Of a stretch of 48,272 bases of DNA, positions 16,080 through 24,293 are shown piece after piece (within the stretch, counting starts at the first letter, position 1; every line of letters begins with the position of its first letter). The stretch covers positions 1-48,272 of the IMG/VR virus record IMGVR_UViG_3300021082_000036. The stretch is one strand, 5' to 3'. The notes beneath the pieces are model-generated. The model made no database searches. It was not told where the DNA came from and worked only from the letters and a program-made list of their open reading frames with translations. Both the position numbers and the translations under genes were made by a program. The DNA comes from a virus. Taxonomy: Duplodnaviria > Caudoviricetes.

Positions 16080-17180
16080 GTGACTCGCACAGTCGAGAAC
16101 CTCGACGCGCTGATGTCGAGGATCGTGGCGGAAGACCGCCGCAAGTACGACGTGATCGCCGACACCCGCAGCATGAACGTGGGCGTCCGCGTGAACGAGG
16201 ACGGCAAGGGTGGTGTGGTCGAACTCGACCTCGACACCGAGGGCAGCGAGCTTCGCTCGTTCCGCCTGACCGACCACATGCAGGGCCAGATCTCGACCGA
16301 TCTGGGCATCCCGAAGAAGTACTTCGACCGGATGCGTCAGGACGCCCCGTCTCTGTTCGAGACGAACGTCCGCCACTGGATGAACAACGAGCCGAAGGCT
16401 CGCATGATCCGTGGCCTCACCAACGACGGCGGTCAGATGATGACGGGCCGGGCGTGGATGAGCGACAAGTTCCGCCGCCTCGACAACATCGAGGTCGCAC
16501 GGATGCTCCTCCCCGAGTTCGACAAGCTCGGCACCGAGGTGCAGTTCCACCAGGCCGCGGTCACGGAGCAGAAGCTCCACATCCGCGCCCTGTTCCCCGC
16601 TCTTGAGCGGGACATCAAGGCGGTCGGTGACACCGTCCGCTGGGGCATCGCCATCGAGAACTCCGAGATCGGCGCTGGCTCGCTGAAGCTCTCGGGCTTC
16701 GTGATGGTGCTGATCTGCACCAACGGCATGGTCACGAACAAGGTGCTGAACGTGCGCCACGTCGGCAAGCGTGAGGGCGAGGGCGTCCTCTCGAACGAGG
16801 CCCTCCGGGCCGACGACAAGGCCTTCTGGCTCGCGGCTCGGGACGAGCTTCGCGCCCTCTGCACCGAGGCCGCGTTCGAGACGGTCGTCGCCCAGCTGAA
16901 GGGCCTCTCGGACACCGAGGTCATCAGCCCGGTGGCTGCGACGAAGGTGCTGGCTCGGGAGTTCGCGCTCACCGAGGCCGAGGAGGAGGCAGTCATGCTC
17001 TCCCTCGTCAAGGACCCCAACGGGGTCGGTCGTGGTCAGTGGGGCGCGATCAACGCCTTCACGGCAGCGGCCAAGACGGCGGAGGGGTTCGACCGCCAGG
17101 CCGAGATCGAGGCCATCGGTTGGGGCCTCGCTCAGATGCCCGAGAAGACGTGGGAGAAGGTCGCCCTGGCGGTCAAGTAG
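16080..17180 (+). CDS. DUF932-like protein
   Basis: RA.MSDKFRRLDN, I.NSEIG.GSL, L.CTNGM and WGAINAFT motifs. Confidence 0.7.
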   Translation: MTRTVENLDALMSRIVAEDRRKYDVIADTRSMNVGVRVNEDGKGGVVELDLDTEGSELRSFRLTDHMQGQISTDLGIPKKYFDRMRQDAPSLFETNVRHWMNNEPKARMIRGLTNDGGQMMTGRAWMSDKFRRLDNIEVARMLLPEFDKLGTEVQFHQAAVTEQKLHIRALFPALERDIKAVGDTVRWGIAIENSEIGAGSLKLSGFVMVLICTNGMVTNKVLNVRHVGKREGEGVLSNEALRADDKAFWLAARDELRALCTEAAFETVVAQLKGLSDTEVISPVAATKVLAREFALTEAEEEAVMLSLVKDPNGVGRGQWGAINAFTAAAKTAEGFDRQAEIEAIGWGLAQMPEKTWEKVALAVK

Positions 17181-17336
17181 ATGGCTGCCAAGCCGAAGGC
17201 TGGCTACTCCTGTGCCCGGTGCGGACGCCGGGTACGGGAGGGCCAGTACCTGTACTCACGGTTCACGAAGAACCGCTACTGCATCAAGCTCGACGAATGC
17301 GCCAGGCGAGTGGCGAACAAGGCGAAGCGGAAGTAG
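17181..17336 (+). CDS. small basic Zn-finger protein
   Basis: MAAKPKAGYSCARCGRR...YCIKLDEC; ATG immediately follows the upstream stop. Confidence 0.55.
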   Translation: MAAKPKAGYSCARCGRRVREGQYLYSRFTKNRYCIKLDECARRVANKAKRK

Positions 17337-17417
17337 CGGGTCGAGGCTCTCTCAGGGGGAGCCTCGGTCCGGTGCTGCTGGTTCTGCACCACGCACGAAG
17401 ACACGGAGGTGTCACCT

Positions 17418-17603
17418 ATGGCCGAAGCAACGGTCACAGTCAAGCTCAGTACGACCGAGTTCAAGCTGGTCGAGCAGGCTCTGCGGAGCCTGATCCAGGT
17501 CCACAAGGAGATCGTCGCTGACCTGTCCGAGCATGCCTCAGAGAGGCAGAAGGCTCGCAAGGTGGTCGACGAGGCCGGGGGCTTGCTCGGTCGGCTGGCG
17601 TGA
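17418..17603 (+). CDS. hypothetical protein
   Basis: ACACGGAGG RBS at 17401. Confidence 0.65.
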   Translation: MAEATVTVKLSTTEFKLVEQALRSLIQVHKEIVADLSEHASERQKARKVVDEAGGLLGRLA

Positions 17604-17800
17604 CGAAGATCCTCGCGGTGACCCAGAAGCAGGAGTCCCCGCAGACCGTCTCCCTCGAACTGAGGGAGAGCGTTGCCAACCTGCTGGTCGGCTACGTCGA
17701 GATCACCCTCGTCCCCAACGGGGCGAGGATCGAGGCCTGGAACGCAGACGACTCGCCCGTCGAGGGCGGTGGCGTCGTTCAGGCGGAGCGTCCGTCGTGA
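17600..17800 (+). CDS. hypothetical protein
   Basis: GTGA overlap with the upstream gene. Confidence 0.55.
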   Translation: MTKILAVTQKQESPQTVSLELRESVANLLVGYVEITLVPNGARIEAWNADDSPVEGGGVVQAERPS

Positions 17801-17928
17801 AGCTCGAAGACGTCACGACCAAGCTCGTAGACGTGCTGGCGTTCGTGTTCGTCCTGCTGCTCCTCGTCGGGCTGATCGGCGGCGTGATCGCTGCCGTGGT
17901 CTGGGGCATCGTGGCGGTGGCTTCGTGA
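17797..17928 (+). CDS. small membrane protein
   Basis: Long hydrophobic stretch; GTGA overlaps at both ends. Confidence 0.55.
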   Translation: MKLEDVTTKLVDVLAFVFVLLLLVGLIGGVIAAVVWGIVAVAS

Positions 17929-18116
17929 AGTACCGGGCCATCATCCGCGACGAGAAGACGGGCGAGTGTACGTGGTTCGTCTACGTCGAGAGCGGCTTCG
18001 GCACGGTCTACGCCTGCCGCTTCGGCACCCGCGATCACGCCGAGCGAGTGGCGGCGGCGATGAACCGTGCCTGGACAGCAGAGGGTCGGCTCTACGAGCC
18101 GAAGCTCGATGACTGA
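17925..18116 (+). CDS. hypothetical protein
   Basis: GTGA overlap; coupled operon. Confidence 0.55.
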   Translation: MKYRAIIRDEKTGECTWFVYVESGFGTVYACRFGTRDHAERVAAAMNRAWTAEGRLYEPKLDD

Positions 18117-18558
18117 CGCGACCTGCATCCATGAGGCTAGCCACGCAGCTGTCGCCCTCCGCCTGGGCCTGACCGTACGTCGGGTCCAGGTCGGAGGGTG
18201 GTGCCGGGTCCCCCGTTACTGTGCCCAGCTGTATCCGGGCCTGGTGGCGGGGGTCCCGATCCGCTCGGCGATCACGCTCCTCGAAGAGGACTGCCTCGAC
18301 CACTCCACGGTCGAGGTGCTGATCGCGATGGCTGCCCCGATGTTCGTCGTCACCGACGACTCGAAGATCAACACCTACGCCTGGCTGGAGGCGAAGCTCG
18401 CCACCCGCTACGCGAAGAACAAGACGAAGCTCCGCCCCGACCTGATCCTCAGCCGGGCGAAGTCCCTCGCCGCTGTCTGCGAGCCTCGGATCTACGAGAT
18501 CGCGGAGCGGCTCGAACAGGAGAGGAGGATCGATGACCTGCAGCTGCCTTGCGTGTAG
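18109..18558 (+). CDS. putative zinc metallopeptidase (HExxH)
   Basis: N-terminal CIHEASHAAVALRLG, as in M41-like standalone peptidases. Confidence 0.55.
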   Translation: MTDATCIHEASHAAVALRLGLTVRRVQVGGWCRVPRYCAQLYPGLVAGVPIRSAITLLEEDCLDHSTVEVLIAMAAPMFVVTDDSKINTYAWLEAKLATRYAKNKTKLRPDLILSRAKSLAAVCEPRIYEIAERLEQERRIDDLQLPCV

Positions 18559-18715
18559 AACGCAGGCGATGGTGGTCGAGTGGGCTGAGGGCCGAGGCCC
18601 GAAGCCGGACGAGGAGATCATCAAGGAGGTGCTGCTTCGCGTCATCCGTCAGGACCGACTCAAGCGTGACGTCGAGACGGCGGTGGCGCTGAGGCAGAAG
18701 TCACGCCTGAACTGA
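18533..18715 (+). CDS. hypothetical protein
   Basis: AGGAGG SD; N-terminal CSCLAC. Confidence 0.5.
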   Translation: MTCSCLACRTQAMVVEWAEGRGPKPDEEIIKEVLLRVIRQDRLKRDVETAVALRQKSRLN

Positions 18716-18845
18716 AGAGCGGCCACCGCCCCTGGCGACACGGAGGTGAACACCAGGGGCGGGGCTGCTAGTGTCGGCACCGGACAGCACAGACGGGGCG
18801 AGTATGCCACAACCCCGTCGCGACAGGTAGTCAGACGGGAGGAAG

Positions 18846-19358
18846 GTGGCGGGAGTCCAGACGACGTTGACGGATCTCGAAGTCGAGATCTGCAAGCACG
18901 TCGCCCGGCAACGCCAGGCTGACGCCGAACGGGCGGGGGCGGATCCTCACAAGCACGGCCTCGCCGTCGAAGGCGGCTACATCTTCCACCTCAACGGCTG
19001 CCTACGCGAGATGGCCTTCGCCAAGATCGTCAACCGCTACTGGACCGGAGCAGGTCTGCACTGGGAAGAGGACGACGACGTGGGCGGAGTCCAGGTTCGC
19101 TCGACCGCTCACGCCAACGGACACCTGATCATCAGGCCCGACGACGAGGAGGTCTGGGATCAGATCTGGGCGCTCGTCATCGGCATGGACGGGGGCAGGG
19201 AGTACACCTACGTCGGCTCGATCCTCGACCAGTTCACCCGCATCCCCGAGTTCTGGGGGGCGAAGGATCCATCCCGTCCACCCTGCTGGTGGATCCCACA
19301 GGATGCGCTGACGCCGCCGAAGGGCGGCTACTACGAGAGGCGTGTTGCCCCTCGGTAG
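18846..19358 (+). CDS. conserved phage hypothetical protein (possible PD-(D/E)XK fold)
   Basis: G..REMAFAK...DVGGVQVRST...LIIRP pattern. Confidence 0.6.
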   Translation: MAGVQTTLTDLEVEICKHVARQRQADAERAGADPHKHGLAVEGGYIFHLNGCLREMAFAKIVNRYWTGAGLHWEEDDDVGGVQVRSTAHANGHLIIRPDDEEVWDQIWALVIGMDGGREYTYVGSILDQFTRIPEFWGAKDPSRPPCWWIPQDALTPPKGGYYERRVAPR

Positions 19359-19371
19359 CCAGGGCTGACAT

Positions 19372-19554
19372 CTCCAGTGAGAGTCGGGCGGAGGTTGCGT
19401 AAGCGGTAGGAGCCTGTAACGAGGGACATGACGGCGGCAGGCAGCGTGACGACGGCGGCGACAGCGGACGAGAACATCGCACCGCGCCTGTCATCGAAGC
19501 GAGCGGGGCTTACGCAGTAAGAGTGGGAACACCTCAGGATCTTGGACACTGGAG
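19372..19554 (+). ncRNA. candidate rod-shaped structured RNA
   Basis: Nested long-range complementarities across an intergenic gap with no plus-strand gene (see findings). Confidence 0.35.
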
Positions 19555-19614
19555 CTAGAAGACCCCCGGCTCCCTCAAGGGAAAGACGACACGTACCTCA
19601 ACACGGAGGAAGGA

Positions 19615-20619
19615 ATGCTGAAGTTCCAGACTTACGACGACGCGGTCTACGCGCACACGGACTACGTGAAGTTCCTGCGCCGACCCGAGTTCGCCGGGCT
19701 GATGAACGCCTGGCTGACCGACCGCGACAACAAGTACGGGGAGCAGGCTGCTCTCCCGTCCTGGGTCGCGTTCCACTACGCGCTGGTCGACGCGCTCGGC
19801 ACCGACATCATGTGGCTGACGACCGAGATCATGGATCTCGTCCAGTCGGCGATGCAGAGCTTCGATCCGAGCGAGCCTGTCCGGCTCGACGACATCTTCC
19901 TGAAGGACGGCTTCCTCGTCCTGCCCCACTCGTTCCTCTCGTCCGACGTCAACGGCAAGACCGTTGGCTGGCGAGCGATGTGCTGGAAGACGGTCGACCC
20001 GCTGGTCAAGTGGGTCAACGAGGTCGAGGGCGCGGAGGACCTGCAGTACACCTACGACCTGAGCATGGAGGGGAAGCCAGAGGCTGGCGTCCGCTTCATG
20101 CAGATCTCATGGACGCACGACGACGACGACTGGAGCGACGAGTACCCCGAGCTTCGCGACGAGCTTCGCGACTCGGGCGAGCAGTGGGGCATCGCCCACG
20201 CCACCTCGATCCCGCTCCGCTACATGAACGACGAGCGCGAGATGACCGGGGAGGGAGATCGCAACGCCAGCTGGCTCCTCTTCTGGCGCGTCCTCCAGAA
20301 GCTGGCGGCGGAGACGATTGTGAAGTCCGACCCCCAGCACCCTGGCCGTCCGGCCCGGCGCGAGGCGCAGCGGTTCGAGATGCCGCCCTCGATCCTGAGG
20401 GTGATCGAGCTTCGCCGCGCTCGCTCCCACAAGGAGGGCAGCAGCGAGAACGGTGCGGCCCGGCACTACACGCACCGCTGGATCGTGCGTGGTCACTGGC
20501 GCAACCAGTGGTACCCGAGCGAGGGCAGGCACAAGCAGAAGTACATCGGCGAACACGTCAAGGGTCCGGACGACCTCGACCTGATCGTCAAGACCCGAGT
20601 CTGGAACTGGGACCGATGA
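19615..20619 (+). CDS. hypothetical protein with C-terminal VRGHWR motif
   Basis: HRWIVRGHWRNQWY...HVKGP motif common in phages; ACACGGAGG RBS. Confidence 0.8.
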   Translation: MLKFQTYDDAVYAHTDYVKFLRRPEFAGLMNAWLTDRDNKYGEQAALPSWVAFHYALVDALGTDIMWLTTEIMDLVQSAMQSFDPSEPVRLDDIFLKDGFLVLPHSFLSSDVNGKTVGWRAMCWKTVDPLVKWVNEVEGAEDLQYTYDLSMEGKPEAGVRFMQISWTHDDDDWSDEYPELRDELRDSGEQWGIAHATSIPLRYMNDEREMTGEGDRNASWLLFWRVLQKLAAETIVKSDPQHPGRPARREAQRFEMPPSILRVIELRRARSHKEGSSENGAARHYTHRWIVRGHWRNQWYPSEGRHKQKYIGEHVKGPDDLDLIVKTRVWNWDR

Positions 20620-20951
20620 CGAAGTCATTCCTCGACCGACTCCGGGTCGGCGACATCAAGATCGACGAGGACCTCTGGGGTCCCGGCTCCAGGGAGCAGA
20701 TCGAGTTCTTCCTCCAGAACGAGTACGACCCGGAGAAGATGCCGCTGCTCGCAGCCGCGGACGTGAAGAACCGAGAGGGCACCTGGCTGCTCGGCTGGGA
20801 GAACGACGGCACGGCCTACCCGCCGATGCTCGTCTACATCTTCGGCCAGGAGTACGCCGACGCGAGGCTCGCCGAGATCCACCTCCGCAAGCAGCAGTCG
20901 GCAGAGGGAGAGGGCCGCTTCGGCTTCGGCTTCCACCGGGTGCGACCGTGA
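20616..20951 (+). CDS. hypothetical protein
   Basis: ATGA overlap with the upstream gene. Confidence 0.6.
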   Translation: MTKSFLDRLRVGDIKIDEDLWGPGSREQIEFFLQNEYDPEKMPLLAAADVKNREGTWLLGWENDGTAYPPMLVYIFGQEYADARLAEIHLRKQQSAEGEGRFGFGFHRVRP

Positions 20952-21166
20952 GGTGCGACGTCCCGACGTGCAAGCGGGAGATCCCCGACGGCGAGTCGAT
21001 CTGGTACGAGGTGATCGGCTGGGAGCGGGGGCGCGGGAGGCAGCGCAACACGAAGGAGATCTTCGGACGCAAGCGCACAGGATCCGTCATGTGCGACCAC
21101 TGCAAGCTCCGCTTGCAGCACACAGGCCAACCAGGACAGGGGGAACTCTTTGCCCAGGGAACGTGA
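20948..21166 (+). CDS. small Zn-finger protein
   Basis: CDVPTC...CDHC. Confidence 0.55.
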   Translation: MRCDVPTCKREIPDGESIWYEVIGWERGRGRQRNTKEIFGRKRTGSVMCDHCKLRLQHTGQPGQGELFAQGT

Positions 21167-21782
21167 CCTCAGCTTCGAGAAGCTGGCGGAGGTGTGCGGC
21201 GTGGACATCACAGCGCTCACCCCGACGGCGAGGGGAGCGCTGAACCGAGCGCTCTCGGACATCCGCTCTGCGACCGAGGAACTGGACGACGGCGAGCTTG
21301 CTCTCGTCATCGAGTCGAAGGCGGCGACCTACCGCAAGGTGATGGACGGTGCGCTGCTTACGCCCACCGCCCTCGCCAAGCACTGGCCGAGCCTTGAGGG
21401 GATGGCGGCGGCAGCAGCAGCGCCGACGACCTACGTCACCCACGACCTTGCCTACTGCACGACCTGCGAGGGGATGCGGTTCGTCTTCGCCTTCTACCGA
21501 CAGCCGAAGCTGTCGCAGTGGATGATCGACGTGGCGAAGCTGCCGAAGGCACGACCGCCAGCCGAGTGGCTGACCGACCCCTCGAAGTACGTCGAGGAGC
21601 GGCACGGCCATGAGGTCTACAGCCCCTGCCCCGACTGCAACCAGGCCGGGCTGCAGATCGTGAACGAGTACCTCGCACGGTTCAACCGACTTCACTCGGG
21701 AGGGCCTCGCCTTCCCGCACCCGAGCAGGCCACACGCTTGTTCGGTAACATGGACACAACCAACACGGAGGGAGCAGCATGA
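21150..21782 (+). CDS. putative replication-initiation-related protein
   Basis: LTPTALAKHWPSL motif resembles the C-termini of actinophage replication proteins; CTTC...CPDC; next to the SSB-like gene. Confidence 0.4.
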   Translation: MPRERDLSFEKLAEVCGVDITALTPTARGALNRALSDIRSATEELDDGELALVIESKAATYRKVMDGALLTPTALAKHWPSLEGMAAAAAAPTTYVTHDLAYCTTCEGMRFVFAFYRQPKLSQWMIDVAKLPKARPPAEWLTDPSKYVEERHGHEVYSPCPDCNQAGLQIVNEYLARFNRLHSGGPRLPAPEQATRLFGNMDTTNTEGAA

Positions 21783-22522
21783 ATCAGCAGATCATCGGGA
21801 CCATCACTGGTCTTGAGCAGCGCAGTGGGGGATGGGTCGCCGTCTCCATCTCGGAGCCGGGCAAGGACTACCCGAAGAAGCTCTCGACCAAGAAGCAGGA
21901 GTTGATCGGCCAGGCCCAGCAGCTGATGGGACAGCTGGTCACCGCTGGCTTCAACGAGCAGGAGTCCACGAACATCAACCCGAACAACGGGCAGCCGTAC
22001 ACCAACCGCTACCTGGAGGCGCTCGCGATGGGTCAGGTCGACCTCGTCGGGATGCCGACCCAGATCCAGCCGCAGCAGTACATGCCGCAGCAGCCCCAGC
22101 CCCAGCAGTACCAGCCCCAGCCCGTGCAGCAGCAGCAGTACCAGCCGCAGCCCATCGTCCAGCAGCCGATCCAGCAGCCGCAGCCCGTCCAGCAGCAGCC
22201 GATCATGCAGCCGCACGGTGACCTGCGCGAGGCCAAGATCCACCGCCAGACGGCGACCAAGGTGGCGGTCGAGTTGCTCGCCTACCTCGACCCGTCGGAG
22301 CGGAACCTCGCCTCGCTCGTCCGGATCAGCGAGCAGCTGGTGCAGTACTACGACAACGGCGTCCAGTGGACGACGCCTCCGGTGCAGCCGCAGGCTCCGC
22401 AGCCCCAGGCTCCGCAGCCGCAGGGCCAGCAGCAGCACCAGGGTGGGTACGAGAACCCCGCCGAGGGTGGGCAGCAGCCCTACTACGGCGAGCCTGATCC
22501 CGACGACGGCATCCCCTTCTAG
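21779..22522 (+). CDS. putative single-stranded DNA-binding protein with Gln/Pro-rich linkers
   Basis: OB-like beta-rich N-terminus and acidic C-terminal tail DPDDGIPF (SSB-type DDIPF). Confidence 0.55.
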   Translation: MNQQIIGTITGLEQRSGGWVAVSISEPGKDYPKKLSTKKQELIGQAQQLMGQLVTAGFNEQESTNINPNNGQPYTNRYLEALAMGQVDLVGMPTQIQPQQYMPQQPQPQQYQPQPVQQQQYQPQPIVQQPIQQPQPVQQQPIMQPHGDLREAKIHRQTATKVAVELLAYLDPSERNLASLVRISEQLVQYYDNGVQWTTPPVQPQAPQPQAPQPQGQQQHQGGYENPAEGGQQPYYGEPDPDDGIPF

Positions 22523-22524
22523 GG

Positions 22525-22800
22525 ATGCCGCTCCCTCCCGACCACGCCAAGATCCTCGCCTGGCTGCGTGAGCAGAAGGGCGTCGACTTCATCACGACCA
22601 TCGCCAACCGTCAGGTGATCCTCGTCATGACCCGTGACGCCGAGCTTGTCGCCGGGCTGCAGCGGCGTGGTGCCACCGCCCGGTGGTACGACCGCACGGA
22701 GTTCTCGACGAAGGCAGGCAAGAGCAAGGCCGACCAGCAGTGCGAGGTCTTGCTCGGCCCTCCCTTCTGGGCGAGGCTCGAAGAGCAGGCTGCGGCATGA
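22525..22800 (+). CDS. hypothetical protein
   Basis: Packed operon. Confidence 0.55.
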   Translation: MPLPPDHAKILAWLREQKGVDFITTIANRQVILVMTRDAELVAGLQRRGATARWYDRTEFSTKAGKSKADQQCEVLLGPPFWARLEEQAAA

Positions 22801-22922
22801 CCGTCTGCTCGAACGCGCTCTGCTTCAACCGCTGCGAGCCGTCGAGCGATCCGGCGAAGCCGCCCTTCTGCGACAAGTGCAAGGCGAAGTCCAAGCTCAA
22901 CACACACGGAGGTAAGACATGA
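22797..22922 (+). CDS. small Cys-rich protein
   Basis: ATGA overlaps at both ends; CSNALC...CDKC. Confidence 0.45.
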   Translation: MTVCSNALCFNRCEPSSDPAKPPFCDKCKAKSKLNTHGGKT

Positions 22923-23140
22923 CCGTCGAAGAGGCAGTCGAGATTCGGGACCGGGCGATCACGCTCGGGCTGGAGTCCTGCTGCGAGACGTGCGCTGACG
23001 CCATCGAGCGTCTCCGCAAGCTCGGCACCACCGGAGACTGGACGATCATCCCGTCCGGCTCGGCGAAGGAGCCGACCATCGGCCTCGGCCAGGAGGAAGC
23101 AGTCCGCTACCTCCGCCGCCAGATCGGGGCAGCAGCATGA
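22919..23140 (+). CDS. hypothetical protein
   Basis: ACACGGAGG RBS at 22904. Confidence 0.65.
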   Translation: MTVEEAVEIRDRAITLGLESCCETCADAIERLRKLGTTGDWTIIPSGSAKEPTIGLGQEEAVRYLRRQIGAAA

Positions 23141-23337
23141 CGATCATCACACCCCGAGAGTTGGCGTACATCCTCGACATCGAGGAGACGGAGGCCAGGT
23201 CCTGGCTCCGCCACTTCTTCCCCGACTCCGCGCCCGGCAAGGGTGGCCGCTGGATGGTCACCCCGCGGATGGCGCGACAGGTTGCACGAATGGTGAGGGC
23301 CGACGCGGTCCGATCCTTTGCATCGAGGGCGGCATGA
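23137..23337 (+). CDS. small HTH DNA-binding protein
   Basis: TPRELAYILDI...ARSWLR...GGRW pattern. Confidence 0.55.
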   Translation: MTIITPRELAYILDIEETEARSWLRHFFPDSAPGKGGRWMVTPRMARQVARMVRADAVRSFASRAA

Positions 23338-24293
23338 GCTACGTCTCCCTCGACCAGTTCCTGGGTGGGGTTGCCTCCGTGGCCTCACCCACGGAAGTTC
23401 CTCCGACCTCGGAGCTTCAGTGGCCGAGCAGGATGCGGCACCTGAGCGCGACGAGCATCGGCATGTTCCGCCGCTGCCCCGAGCAGTTCCGCCACCGCTA
23501 CATCCTCGGCGAGAAGGAGCGGCCAGGCGAGGGCCTCGTCATCGGCTCCGCCTTCCACGAAGGGCTGGAGTTCAACTACGCCCAGAAGATCGAGAGCCAC
23601 GTCGACCGCCCCACCGCTGAAGTCGTCGAGTACCTGCAGGACGTCGGGGTACCGAAGGTGCTGGAGGAGCAGGGCGGTGCCGACGAGATCGCCTGGGACA
23701 AGGACGATCCCGTCAAGGGGGTCGAGCTTCTGCGCCGGGACAGCGAGCGGATCCTGATCCGCTACCACGAAGACGTCGTGCCCCGGCTGCAGCCCATCGC
23801 GCTCGAAGAGGAACTCTTCATCCGCGACGACCGCCTCCCGGTGCCGATCATCGGCTACGTGGACGTGCGGACGGGCTACGAGGTGGAGATGGACACCGTC
23901 TCGACCTGGGTCCCCGACCGGATCATCGACACGAAGACGGGCAAGCAGTCCGTCTCGAAGCTGAAGCCGTCGTGGATGCTGCAGGCCACGATCTACTCGG
24001 CGATGACGAACCTGCCCGTCGAGTACCACTCGATCTCGCGAGCGGCCACGCCGAAGATCACGACCGGGCTGCAGTCAGCCGACATGGTCTTCACGCCGAA
24101 CGCGACGAAGACCGAGAACGTGATCAACTCAGCTGCCCAGATCGCCAGCATGATCGCCTGGATGTACACGACCTACGGGCCTGATGAAGTCTGGCCCACC
24201 ATGGGGAGATTCGCCGACTGGAGCATGAGCTTCAGCCCCTGCAACAACTGCGGCTGGCGCAAGGTCTGCCCGGCCATGGAAGGAGAGCTATGA
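23334..24293 (+). CDS. PD-(D/E)XK exonuclease (RecB/Cas4-like, Fe-S)
   Basis: LSATSI...CP, GSAFH, GYVD, IIDTKTG, Q..IY and C-terminal CNNC....C. Confidence 0.85.
   Translation: MSYVSLDQFLGGVASVASPTEVPPTSELQWPSRMRHLSATSIGMFRRCPEQFRHRYILGEKERPGEGLVIGSAFHEGLEFNYAQKIESHVDRPTAEVVEYLQDVGVPKVLEEQGGADEIAWDKDDPVKGVELLRRDSERILIRYHEDVVPRLQPIALEEELFIRDDRLPVPIIGYVDVRTGYEVEMDTVSTWVPDRIIDTKTGKQSVSKLKPSWMLQATIYSAMTNLPVEYHSISRAATPKITTGLQSADMVFTPNATKTENVINSAAQIASMIAWMYTTYGPDEVWPTMGRFADWSMSFSPCNNCGWRKVCPAMEGEL

Larger units (their letters stand above)
7966..22912 (+). promoter_or_regulatory. dispersed start-associated motif ACACGGAGG (16 copies)
   Basis: Copies start at 7966, 10358, 10867, 11362, 11865, 12834, 13348, 13747, 14603, 15122, 16063, 17401, 18738, 19601, 21763 and 22904; 15 lie 5-10 nt before a start codon. 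Confidence 0.9.

Noticed and set aside
19545-19570. CACTGGAGCTAGAAGACC resembles the cobalamin riboswitch B12 box
   Set aside because: The other conserved elements (GGGAA-GGTG-AA.TCC, CCCCGC.ACTGT) are absent or out of order.
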